This document shows positions 55,966 to 64,000 of a DNA stretch of 64,000 nucleotides, in pieces. The first letter of the stretch is position 1. Each line of letters opens with the position of its first letter. The notes under the pieces were generated by a model. That model saw only the letters and a program-made list of their open reading frames with translations. It was not told the DNA's origin and searched no databases. Source of the stretch: Mesorhizobium carmichaelinearum (GTDB taxonomy: Bacteria; Pseudomonadota; Alphaproteobacteria; Rhizobiales; Rhizobiaceae); contig CALRQH020000025.1 in NCBI GenBank assembly GCA_943370265.1, positions 1,038 through 65,037 on the forward strand. The letters run 5' to 3'. Both the position numbers and the translations under genes were made by a program.

Positions 55966-56110
55966 TTCGAACTCCAACGCCTGCGGTGATCCCCATCGCC
56001 AGCGCACCCCAGAACGTGACGCGTATTGCGCCTGGCGCCACGGCTGCGCCTCCGGCGCGCGCCGCCAAAGCACCCAAGAAGGCAAGGAAGAGCAGTGAAG
56101 CGCCGGACAC
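55966..56110 (-). pseudogene. C-terminal remnant of a VIT1/CCC1-family iron/manganese transporter gene
   Basis: SLLFLAFLGALAARAGGAAVAPGAIRVTFWGALAMGITAGVGV matches the last two TM helices (R.tfWGalAM..TAg.G) of VIT-family proteins. The N-terminal about 180 aa are missing, and the natural end is probably frameshifted. Confidence 0.5.
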
Positions 56111-56123
56111 CGAGACAATTACG

Positions 56124-56843
56124 TCAGTTTGTCAGCCTGGCAACGTTCGTGGAGGTCCTCGACACACCGCCCCGCAGATTGATCGACACCCAGATATTCG
56201 GATTCTGTTGTGACTGACGCTTGAGGAAATAATAGCCGGTCGCATCCCAGGGCCTGATTTCATTGACCAGGTTGTCCAGAATGAAATCACCCTTGTCGGT
56301 CTTTACGGTCAGTATCGCATGGCCTTCGCCATTCAAGTCGCGAACGATCGTCATAAGCAACACTTGGCGGGGAAACCCCGCTTCGAGGAGGAGCTTGCGT
56401 TTGTAAAGCGCGTAGATCTTGCAGTCGCCCGTGCCATCGACGGGATAATCCCAGTGATCCAGCTTCGTGCCCCAATGCGCGAGATTGCTGATAGGCACGA
56501 TATAGTCGTTCACCTTCCGGTTTATGCGATCAAGCGTGCGCAGGGTCTCAGCGGTGAGTTTGACGTTCACTGCAGGCAAACCGGGAACGTTGCACTCTTC
56601 CGGGCGGCGGCCACAAAAATCCACCCAACCGTAGGGGACGCTTGTCTGCCCTCCGACAGCCGCGTAGCTCGGGGAGATGATGGCTGTGCTGCCCGGCTGT
56701 ACCGTTCCGAGAAGTGCTGTCGGCCTCTTTGGCAAGGTGGAATGCGTATCTGCGGTCGCCGTCTGCGGGAGAGAACCGGCATAGGTCAGCGAAACAAAGC
56801 CGACGAGAAATGAGCAAATCAAGATGCTCAACGAACGCAACAT
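56124..56843 (-). CDS. Transglutaminase-like cysteine peptidase (BTLCP/LapG-type), intact
   Basis: Signal peptide MLRSLSILICSFLVGFVSLTYA. Cys-His-Asp candidates in DGTGDCKIYALYKRK, GEGHAILTV and DFILDN. 239 aa. Confidence 0.8.
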   Translation of the reverse strand: MLRSLSILICSFLVGFVSLTYAGSLPQTATADTHSTLPKRPTALLGTVQPGSTAIISPSYAAVGGQTSVPYGWVDFCGRRPEECNVPGLPAVNVKLTAETLRTLDRINRKVNDYIVPISNLAHWGTKLDHWDYPVDGTGDCKIYALYKRKLLLEAGFPRQVLLMTIVRDLNGEGHAILTVKTDKGDFILDNLVNEIRPWDATGYYFLKRQSQQNPNIWVSINLRGGVSRTSTNVARLTN

Positions 56844-58539
56844 TGTCGTGTCTCCCCATTTGCGAAGACAATGACAGAAGCTAATTTCTTTGAAGCAAAA
56901 CTATCAGGCAGATATTAAGTAAATAACTAGTACAATAAAGATAAAATTTGAATCATTTTGGTATAACCTCATTTGGATATTTCTACAGCGCCTGACTTTT
57001 CACTCTGCAACGCGATTTCCAGGCCTTCCGGAAAAGATGGCTGTATCTGCTCGGCGACGTGCCGGAATCTGGTCTCACCGCGGGACCGTCTTTGGTTAGC
57101 CGCGGAGTCCGCAGCCGAGCTTCGTTTTTGCGACGACTGCGCTAAGCCGAATGCGAGATCACCATCGCCTGCGGCGAAGCAGTCGAAAAGCCGTCCGGTT
57201 CAAGCGGCTTGACCACTTTGTAAGGCGCAAAATCTCGGACCGGGTCAAAAGGCCATTGCGAGCCAGCCGGATCGTCACCCTGAGCACCGTTGCGCTGGAG
57301 GTCACAAATAACCAACATAGCCAACGGTCCATGAAATTACGGAGTCGCAACCAGAATTGATTGTCCGGACGCCCCGGAGGATTCGGGTCCGCCGGTCGAC
57401 GTGGACGTCTGGGAGGCAAGCGGCGCCTTGGATGATTCTGCGGCGGGCCAGCCAGATAATGCAGAATGAGAGAGCTGCTAGACATCTCGACCTCCTGTCA
57501 CCCGTTCCGCGCCCCCACCACTTTCATGCAAGGGGACGTTACGACGGCGACGAATGTTTGCCTTGCGTAAAGCATTGGATGGCCTGCGCAGCCCAATCCT
57601 TGCTTCAACCCATGGGGCGTTCAGTCTCGGGCGAGCACACCAGAAACGTAATGCGGATTCGACCTCGTCGTTCACATCAGCCACGAGCGAGGCCATTGTG
57701 ATAGACGGCGAGGATCATCCCAGCCGTTCGAACAAACTACCGCGATTGCACGGCCGATCGCCGAATTCGACGAGGCACAGTTGTAGCCGGCCCGTCACCG
57801 CACTCACTCGCCACCGCGGCTCGCGCGGATAGCCGGCCTGACCACCCGCATGCCCGGCGTCATCTGCATGCGCACCACCCGAAGAGCACTCGTAGCATTG
57901 CTCTGCGGACTGGAAAGCGTTCGGATGCAACGACGTACAAAGACTCCGATTTTCATGTCTCACCTCACTGGCGCGCCTTTACGTCAGCACGGGCGAGGCT
58001 GAGTGATCAGACTCGACTGGACCGCCGCAACGGCATACTTTCTCGACTGCTGTCGCTTGCCATTGTTCTACGTTCCTCGATGTCCTGCGACAGGAGTGAT
58101 GCGGGCCGCCTGACGGTTATCAGATACTGCCGTAGCGCGGCGAACGCCAGTATCCGCTTATCAATGGCGCAATATACATACGCTCCGTATGGATATGCGA
58201 ACGTATATTTCCAGCAATAGTGTTAGGCGGCTTGCGAGCCTTCTGGTTCGCGTAGAGCCTGAAAGATCGCCCGCCGACTGCGTCGCGCGAACACCACTTC
58301 GTGAATGCGCGACGATGGCGATATAGCATTTGCTATGTTAGATAGGATATTGCAAGCCCGCCGCCGGTGGGGACATCGTCGACCCGCATCTGGAGGCGTC
58401 GTGAGCCGAGACGTTTTGCACCTGGGACAGTTGGCCCCGGCCGGAATCCCCGACCACCTGGTCACCGAAGTGGATGTCCGACGTGCGAGTGATCGCCTAA
58501 GGGTTCTGCAATCCCGGTCCACAGGCCGTTGGCTGCGAA

Positions 58540-58857
58540 ATGGGCCAGTTAATCCGCAGGTTTGACATACCTTGGATGGCGCTATCGCGCCAGCAAACTG
58601 GATTGCGAGGCCTCGGCCCTGAAACCAGCTGTAGCCTGGTCATTGACGAAGCACGCAGCCTGATCCGGCAGCGCAATGAGATCGAAGCCCAGGCCGACGA
58701 GTTGTTGCGGCACAGCCAGGATTATCAACTCCTGCGACAAATCCCGGGCATCGGACCGATCAACGCATTGACCGTCATTGCCGAAGCCGGCGATCTTCGC
58801 CGTTTCGGTCATCATCGCCAGTTTCTAAAGTTCTGCGGGCTGGACCTCTCGACTTGG
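58540..58857 (+). mobile_element. IS110-family transposase internal/C-terminal fragment (pseudogene)
   Basis: LIRQRNEIEAQADELLRHSQDYQLLRQIPGIGPINALTVIAEAGDLRRFGHHRQFLKFCGLDLSTW matches the Transposase_20 region. It lacks the N-terminal catalytic domain and the end of the protein. It is clearly a different lineage from the IS110 copy at 1-993. Confidence 0.7.
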
Positions 58858-58865
58858 CTCGCCGC

Positions 58866-59305
58866 CTAGTTCAATATAAGGCTGGCGAGTTGCGTCTTCA
58901 TCTGGCGGGCTACGTCGTAACTATTTTCCTGCTGAAGCTTCCCGCAGAAAGTTTCAGAACACCACCAGCCCTTATAGCCAGTGGCCTTAACGGCATCCGT
59001 CCAGGTTCTCAGGTCAAGAACGCCCTCGCCCGTCGGTACGTTGCGCAAGACTGTTTCATTCGGAACGCCGCCAGAAAATGCCAGGGAGTCGCAGACATGG
59101 ACCCCATAAATTAGATTGCTATCTATCCTGGCAACATCTTCGGGATGGTCTCCCGATGCGTAGCAATGCCAATAGTCCACGACCATTTTGAGGTTATCCT
59201 GGTTTGCTTTCCTCAACAGCGCCACTTGGTGCACGAGGGAATTGAGCGGTGACCAGGCGAGAGCCTCAAGATAGACGATCAGCCCGAACTCCTGCGCGAT
59301 CCCGG
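58866..59305 (-). pseudogene. Xylose-isomerase-like TIM-barrel gene, C-terminal half only
   Basis: IAQEFGLIVYLEALAWSPLNSLVHQVALLRKANQDNLKMVVDYWHCYASGDHPEDV...IYGVHVCDS...GEGVLDL... fits the second half of sugar phosphate isomerase/epimerase barrels. The first half is replaced by the 3' end of the AraC gene. Confidence 0.55.
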
Positions 59306-60294
59306 TTCCGGGTCTGTTGGGGTGTTTCTCCAAATCGCTTGCGATAGTGGACGCCGAAATGGCCCAGATGTACGAAGCCGAATTGGTTGGCCGCTTCGGT
59401 GACACTTTTGGCGTCGGACCGGCTGCGCAGAAGGTCGCGCACCGCGTCCAGCCGGATGTCTCGCCAGTAGGACATCGGACTCAGCCCGAATATCGACTGG
59501 AACGCCGTCTGCAGGCTGCGCGCGCTGACGCCGATGGCCTGGCACAGGTCGGCCAGCAGCGGCGGCTCATGGACATTGTGGCGCATGTAGTCCTGCGCCC
59601 GGCGCACCGTGCGCGGCAGCACCACCTGCCTGCGGATATCCTCCAGCACCATGCTCTGATTGTGCGTCACCAGCGTCAGCACCGAGTTGATCAAAAAGCT
59701 CTCGGCCTGCGCGGCCAGGGCCGAACTGGCGAAGGCCGGACTGCCTTCGACGGCGGCGTAGAGATAGTGGATGAAATGCACCAGGGGCGCGATTTCGGCC
59801 GATTGCAGGTCGACGCCGAGGTCGAAGACCAGCGGGCGGGTCAGCGGGGTCTGGGTCAATTGCTGCCACTGGCGGCTGAGCGCGGCCTCGCTCATGCGCA
59901 CGATCAAATGCGGTGTGTTCTCCGCCCAGCGCATGCTCAGCCGCTCGCTCGGCGACGGCATTGAGGCCATCCCGGCATGAGCGGTGACCTGCTGGTCGCC
60001 GCAGCGTATCTGGGCGCTGCCTTGCAGCGGGATTTGCAGCAGGAAGAAATCGCTGAGATAGCCGGGGTCGATGTCGACTTCCGGACCGTATTGCACGTAG
60101 TTGAGGCTGATGTCCTGATGCAGCCGCACGCAGTGGTGGCGGGCGTCGAGCAGGCTGCGGCGCCTCGCCGTGTTCAGATAATGCGGACAGAAGATGCGGG
60201 CGACGCAATCGCGCGCCTCATCCACATCGGTGGTGTGGAAAAGCGAATATTGCGCGAGGGGGAGTGGCTGTGTGGCTGTGAACATGGCTTGCAC
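59266..60294 (-). CDS. AraC-family transcriptional regulator (AraC-binding-like N-domain)
   Basis: C-terminal double HTH: RRAQDYMRHNVHEPPLLADLCQAIGVSARSLQTAFQSIFGLSPMSYWRDIRLDAVRDLL...SVTEAANQFGFVHLGHFGVHYRKRFGETP. Confidence 0.9.
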   Translation of the reverse strand: MQAMFTATQPLPLAQYSLFHTTDVDEARDCVARIFCPHYLNTARRRSLLDARHHCVRLHQDISLNYVQYGPEVDIDPGYLSDFFLLQIPLQGSAQIRCGDQQVTAHAGMASMPSPSERLSMRWAENTPHLIVRMSEAALSRQWQQLTQTPLTRPLVFDLGVDLQSAEIAPLVHFIHYLYAAVEGSPAFASSALAAQAESFLINSVLTLVTHNQSMVLEDIRRQVVLPRTVRRAQDYMRHNVHEPPLLADLCQAIGVSARSLQTAFQSIFGLSPMSYWRDIRLDAVRDLLRSRSDAKSVTEAANQFGFVHLGHFGVHYRKRFGETPQQTRNRDRAGVRADRLS

Positions 60295-60709
60295 TGTCCG
60301 TCAAAGATCCATGGCGCTGTTCCAACGTCTGACTGCGACTGTTCGGCGGTGACGGGGTCTGATCGGGTCGCGACCTGAAAGCGATCGACGATGCGGTCCG
60401 CGGATTTCGACGCCTCCAAGCCCAAGATTACTTTAAGACTGAACCAATTCTCGGCATGCCGCAAGCAGGTTTTAGCCGGCTACGCCGCGGGGGCTCCAGC
60501 GGACAAGGCCGAGCAGGGTATCGGCGCGCAAACGGCCGAAAGTGCCTCACGGCGGGCGCGTTCGGCACACGGAATCGCGCGATATGGACAGTCGCTGCGC
60601 AATCCGGATTGCGGCAGCCGCCCGTCCGCCGCAAGCTCGGCCCTGAAATCGAGATCAAATGCGGGTCCACACGGGGCGCGCAGTCACCGGAATCACTGCG
60701 GAGGAGCGG

Positions 60710-61207
60710 ATGTCTTTGGAACCTTTTCTCGCCGGCATGCGCAAGGTGGCGGGTGCGGTCAGCGTCATCACCACCATGGGCAATGACGGCGCGCGGCGCG
60801 GCCTGACCGCAACCGCCGTCTGCTCGCTGTCGGTGGCGCCGCCGACGCTGCTTGCCTGCATCAACCGCAACACCTGGGTTGCGCAGTTCGCCCCCGATTC
60901 CGGCGTCTTTGCCATCAATGTCCTGTCGCATGCGCAGGAAGCGGTCGCCCGTACCTTTGCCGGGCAGACTGAGCTTGTCGCCGAGGACCGTTTTTCGGTC
61001 GGCGACTGGGAAACCGGCGTCACCGGCGTACCCATCATCAGGGGCGCGCTCGCCTCGTTCCAATGCAGGCTGGAGAAGATCGTCGACCACACGACGCATG
61101 TCATCCTCATCGGCCAGGTGGTCGAAACGGTGCTCGGGGATGGCCATTCGCTGGTCTACCTCGATGGCGGCTTTTCCTCGGTGCCGCGGGCGGCGCCGGC
61201 TGCCTGA
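60710..61207 (+). CDS. Flavin reductase (HpaC/StyB-like, FMN-binding split barrel)
   Basis: SD ggaggag. MSLEPFLAGMRKVAGAVSVITTMGNDGARRGLTATAVCSLSVAPPTLLACINRN... is the family-typical N-terminus. Confidence 0.8.
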   Translation: MSLEPFLAGMRKVAGAVSVITTMGNDGARRGLTATAVCSLSVAPPTLLACINRNTWVAQFAPDSGVFAINVLSHAQEAVARTFAGQTELVAEDRFSVGDWETGVTGVPIIRGALASFQCRLEKIVDHTTHVILIGQVVETVLGDGHSLVYLDGGFSSVPRAAPAA

Positions 61208-61255
61208 AACCACAAGGCTCACAATCTCGATACGGTATTTGAAAGGGAGGGTTCG

Positions 61256-62041
61256 ATGAAAGGACTGGACGGAAAGACGGCCATCATCTCGGGCGGCGCA
61301 ACGCTGATAGGTGAAAGCTGCGCGGAAGTGCTCGCCGGCTACGGCGTCAATGTCGTCATCGCCGATATCAATGCGGCCGATGGCGCCCGCGTCGCCGCCG
61401 CCATCGGTTCGAAAGCGAGCTTCATCGCCACCGACATCACCAGTGACGACGATATCGCCGCGCTGGTCGCCGCGACGGTCGAGCGGCACGGCCGCCTCGA
61501 CTTCCTGGTCAATGTCGCCTGCACCTATCTCGACAATGGCGCCGAGACGACTCGCGCTGACTGGTTGAAAGCGTTCGACGTCAACATCGTCGGCTCGGTG
61601 ATGCTGATGGAGGCCGCTCGGCCGCACCTGGCGAAGAATAAGGGCGCCATCGTCAACTTCGGATCGATCTCGGCGCGCGTCGCCCAGGTCGGCCGCTGGG
61701 TCTACCCGGTATCGAAGGCCGCCATCCTGCAACTGACGCGCAACCAGGCGCTCGACCTCGCGCCGGACGGCATCAGGGTCAACGCCGTGTCGCCCGGCTG
61801 GACCTGGAGCAACATCATGAAGCAGCTGAGCGGCGACGACCGCGCCAAGACCGACGGGGTCGCGGCCCCCTTCCACCTGCTGCGCCGCACCGGCGATCCG
61901 TCGGAAGTGGCCGAGGCCGTCGCCTTCCTGTTGTCGGATGCGGCCAGCTTCATCACCGGCACCGACATCCGGGTCGACGGCGGCTACACCGCCATGGGTC
62001 CCGAGCGGATCGACCCGGCCATCCCGCTTCTAACGCAGTAA
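61256..62041 (+). CDS. Short-chain dehydrogenase/reductase
   Basis: GKTAIISGGATLIGES, NVACTY and the catalytic YPVSKAA region. SD gggaggg. Confidence 0.85.
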   Translation: MKGLDGKTAIISGGATLIGESCAEVLAGYGVNVVIADINAADGARVAAAIGSKASFIATDITSDDDIAALVAATVERHGRLDFLVNVACTYLDNGAETTRADWLKAFDVNIVGSVMLMEAARPHLAKNKGAIVNFGSISARVAQVGRWVYPVSKAAILQLTRNQALDLAPDGIRVNAVSPGWTWSNIMKQLSGDDRAKTDGVAAPFHLLRRTGDPSEVAEAVAFLLSDAASFITGTDIRVDGGYTAMGPERIDPAIPLLTQ

Positions 62042-62104
62042 CCCGCCGTCACCGCGTTTCGCGCGCGGCCCGGCAGGGCGGACAGACACAACAGAGGAAT
62101 TGAG

Positions 62105-63340
62105 ATGAGCAATCGCAAGATCACGATACTCGGCGGCGGTCAGGCCGGCCTGCAGCTCGCATGCGGGCTCCTGCAGAAGGGCTATAGTGTCAAGGTCGTG
62201 CAGAACCGCACGGCGGACGACATCCGCACTGGCAAGGTGATGTCGAGCCAGTGCATGTTCGACGCTGCGCTGCAAAACGAGCGCGACATTGGCCTCGACT
62301 TCTGGGGCAAGACTTGCCCGACGGTCGACTCGATCAACTTCGTCGTGCCGGCGCCCGATGCACCCGGCATGAAAGCCATCGGCTGGAACGGCCTGCTCGA
62401 CCGGCCGGCGCAAAGCGTCGACCAGCGCACCAAGATCCCGGTGTGGATGGACGAGTTCGAACGTCGCGGCGGCACGCTGCAGATCAAGGATGCCGATATC
62501 GGCGACCTCGAAACCTATGCCGCGTCGTCGGACCTGATCATCGTCGCCGCCGGCAAAGGCGATATCGCCAGGATGTTCGAGCGCGATGCCGCGAGATCGC
62601 CCTTCGACAAGCCGCAGCGCGCGCTGGCGCTGACCTACGTCCACGGCATGACGCCGCGCCCCGACCATTCGGCGGTCAATTTCAACCTCATCCCCGGCGT
62701 CGGCGAATACTTCGTCTTTCCGGCGCTGACCAACAGCGGTGCCTGCGAGATCATGGTGTTCGAAGGTATCCCCGGCGGTCCGATGGATTGCTGGAAGGAT
62801 GTTTCGAGCCCCCAGGAGCATCTCGCTCGCTCGAAATGGATACTCGACACCTTCCTGCCGTGGGAGGCCGACCGCTGCCGCAACATTGAATTGACGGACG
62901 CCAATGGCATTCTGGCCGGCGCCTTTCCGCCGACGGTGCGCAAGCCGATCGGCCGGCTGCCTTCGGGCAAGGTGGTGATGGGCCTTGCCGACGCCGTCTG
63001 CCTCAACGACCCGATCACCGGGCAGGGCTCCAACAATGCCTCCAAGGCGGCGCGCGTCGCCATGGACGCTATCGTTGCCCATGGTAACCGCCCGTTCGAC
63101 GCAGCCTTCATGCAGGCGACATTCGACGCCTACTGGAACTACGCCCGGTTCGTCACCGGCTGGACCAACGCCATGCTGCAGCCGCCACCGCCGCATGTGC
63201 TGAACATCATGGGTTCGGCCCAGGCCTATCCGGCGCTGGCCAGGCGCATCGCCAACGGCTTCGACAACCCGCCGGACCTGTTCCCGTGGTTTGCCGTGCC
63301 CGAGGAGGCGGAGCGTTATCTGCGGGAACTCGCTGCCTGA
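62105..63340 (+). CDS. StyA-like flavoprotein monooxygenase (oxygenase component of a two-component system)
   Basis: MSNRKITILGGGQAGLQLACGLLQKGYSVKVVQNRTADDIRTGKVMSSQCMF... About 410 aa. GLADAVCLNDPITGQGSNNASK is the late FAD motif. The layout resembles styrene/indole monooxygenase StyA. Confidence 0.65.
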   Translation: MSNRKITILGGGQAGLQLACGLLQKGYSVKVVQNRTADDIRTGKVMSSQCMFDAALQNERDIGLDFWGKTCPTVDSINFVVPAPDAPGMKAIGWNGLLDRPAQSVDQRTKIPVWMDEFERRGGTLQIKDADIGDLETYAASSDLIIVAAGKGDIARMFERDAARSPFDKPQRALALTYVHGMTPRPDHSAVNFNLIPGVGEYFVFPALTNSGACEIMVFEGIPGGPMDCWKDVSSPQEHLARSKWILDTFLPWEADRCRNIELTDANGILAGAFPPTVRKPIGRLPSGKVVMGLADAVCLNDPITGQGSNNASKAARVAMDAIVAHGNRPFDAAFMQATFDAYWNYARFVTGWTNAMLQPPPPHVLNIMGSAQAYPALARRIANGFDNPPDLFPWFAVPEEAERYLRELAA

Positions 63341-63513
63341 CGCCGAATCCTTTAGGGTCCCGACATCGGCTCCTAGGCTTTCATGATCGCCATCATCGAT
63401 GGCCGCCTTGGTCTCCGCGTAAGGCTAGAGTGCTGACAGGCATTGCGATCCTGCTTGACCTGAGACCCTTGTTCCCTCCATTTCGATGGAGAGTCCAGCG
63501 CTTCATTTCTGGC

Positions 63514-63840
63514 TCATGCGGCCTGTTTTTCCAGCGTAATTTTTATGGCGAATTCGATGGGCGTGATGTTGCCCAGGGCTGAGTGTGGTCTGTTCTGGTT
63601 GTAGTCCTCCTTCCATAGATCGATTGCTGCCCGTGCTTGCGTGAGAGTGGAGAACAGCGTTTCGTTCAAGCATTCGTCACGAAATCGGCCGTTGAAACTC
63701 TCGATGAAGCCGTTATCCGGCATGTTGTTCTTGGTGCCAGCGTTTGTTCGGTCGCCAGGTCGGATAGGCTTGGCGCATCCGGGCCACGGGGCACCGGGAG
63801 CACGCAAGTGCGGGCAGGCCGTCGTATGCAGATGAACTGA
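63514..63840 (-). mobile_element. IS3-family transposase (OrfB) C-terminal remnant
   Basis: IRPG...DNGFIESFNGRFRDECLNETLFSTLTQARAAIDLWKEDYNQNRPHSALGNITPIEFA is the conserved end of IS3-family DDE transposases. Everything N-terminal is missing. A possible terminal IR starts with TG at 63487. Confidence 0.8.
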
Positions 63841-63889
63841 ACAGAACCGTGTCGCCTGTCGTGCGTCAAAGCGACTCATTGAGAGCTAG
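63839..63889 (+). pseudogene. Last 16 codons of a second excisionase-like gene, truncated by the IS3 remnant
   Basis: ...EQNRVACRASKRLIES* compared with EQNRVACRGSKRLIES* in 23490-23705. The stop is at 63887-63889. Confidence 0.7.
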
Positions 63890-64000
63890 GATGATCAACG
63901 GTGATGAGCTCGTTGGCGCATCCACCACCTGCCCCAATTAGCGGCACCAGTGTGCAGGCGGCGTTAAACTTAATGAACATAATCAATACGATAAAAGTTT
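63839..64000. repeat. Direct repeat copy B (partner 23655-23820), runs off window
   Basis: See copy A. The alignment starts exactly at the IS3 remnant junction and is still alignable at base 64000. Confidence 0.85.

Noticed and set aside
60428-61876. 482-aa minus-strand ORF spanning the AraC-flavin reductase intergenic region, the reductase and part of the SDR.
   Set aside because: It crosses two well-supported plus-strand genes with strong SDs. Its composition is Arg/Asp/Gly-rich and it has no motifs.
62030-63196. 388-aa minus-strand ORF opposite the StyA-like gene. The same reasoning covers 28348-29502, 32407-33624, 33560-34627, 35814-36368, 52522-53478 and 54662-55588.
   Set aside because: All are antisense or out-of-frame shadows of genes with clear family signatures. 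None has an SD or an independent motif.
23655-64000. Idea that the two direct repeats delimit an intact integrative/conjugative element or prophage.
   Set aside because: No integrase, relaxase, type IV secretion, replication or phage structural genes lie between them. The content is catabolic operons and ion transporters, and one repeat copy is already truncated by an IS3 remnant. The pair is kept only as a recombination substrate or duplicated module.
1-64000. Search for phage-defence, toxin-antitoxin, retron, secretion-system or biosynthetic gene clusters.
   Set aside because: No large ATPase, nuclease, reverse-transcriptase, methyltransferase, PKS/NRPS or paired small toxin-antitoxin signatures were seen in any frame. 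The unknowns present are small secreted proteins and low-complexity proteins only.

Overview
The window is 64 kb of high-GC alphaproteobacterial DNA that looks like Rhizobiales, probably Mesorhizobium. That assignment is an inference from gene content only. No database search was possible, so every family name rests on motifs read directly from the translations.

Layout:
- (1) 1-2.3 kb: an IS110-family transposase cut by the window edge, followed by about 1.3 kb with no supportable gene.
- (2) 2.3-5.4 kb: a NarL-type two-component system convergent with a tandem pair of secreted Gly/Ser/Asp/His low-complexity proteins of unknown function.
- (3) 5.9-19.8 kb: a divergent peptide/amide catabolic super-locus. 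One arm has a Dpp-like ABC importer plus an M32 carboxypeptidase. The other arm has GntR, a creatininase-family amidase, two reductases, an M20 peptidase, an AstE/AspA-family deacylase and a solute-binding protein. Two inverted GTTAT-N8-ATAAC boxes lie in the shared control region.
- (4) 20.0-24.5 kb: a mosaic, lower-GC accessory patch that opens with a tRNA-Arg-like 3' remnant. It holds small ORFs, a cupredoxin, a MucR/Ros paralog lacking the zinc ligands, a truncated IS481 transposase, an excisionase-like HTH gene and several gene fragments.
- (5) 24.5-48.1 kb: four regulator-linked catabolic/uptake loci. These are an IclR-linked ureide-like locus, a MocR-linked ABC + IMPase + TIM-barrel locus, and a LysR-linked ureohydrolase + ALDH + ABC + GMC oxidoreductase locus.
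- (6) 48.4-56.8 kb: an ion-transport cassette bracketed by inverted transglutaminase-like cysteine peptidase (BTLCP) paralogs, one of them destroyed by an IS5 remnant. The cassette contains a CsoR-type regulator with its operator coupled to kup, an NRAMP-related protein with altered metal ligands, a Na/Pi cotransporter and a VIT remnant.
- (7) 56.8-59.3 kb: a non-coding/pseudogene graveyard.
- (8) 59.3-63.3 kb: an AraC-linked two-component flavin monooxygenase locus.
- (9) 63.5-64.0 kb: an IS3 remnant plus a second, diverged copy of the excisionase-tail module seen at 23.66 kb.

No recognisable phage-defence, CRISPR, secretion-system or conjugation genes were found. The most unusual items are the Gly-rich secreted pair, the CsoR-like/kup operon, the non-canonical NRAMP, the zinc-less MucR, the tRNA remnant and the roughly 40 kb-spaced direct repeat.
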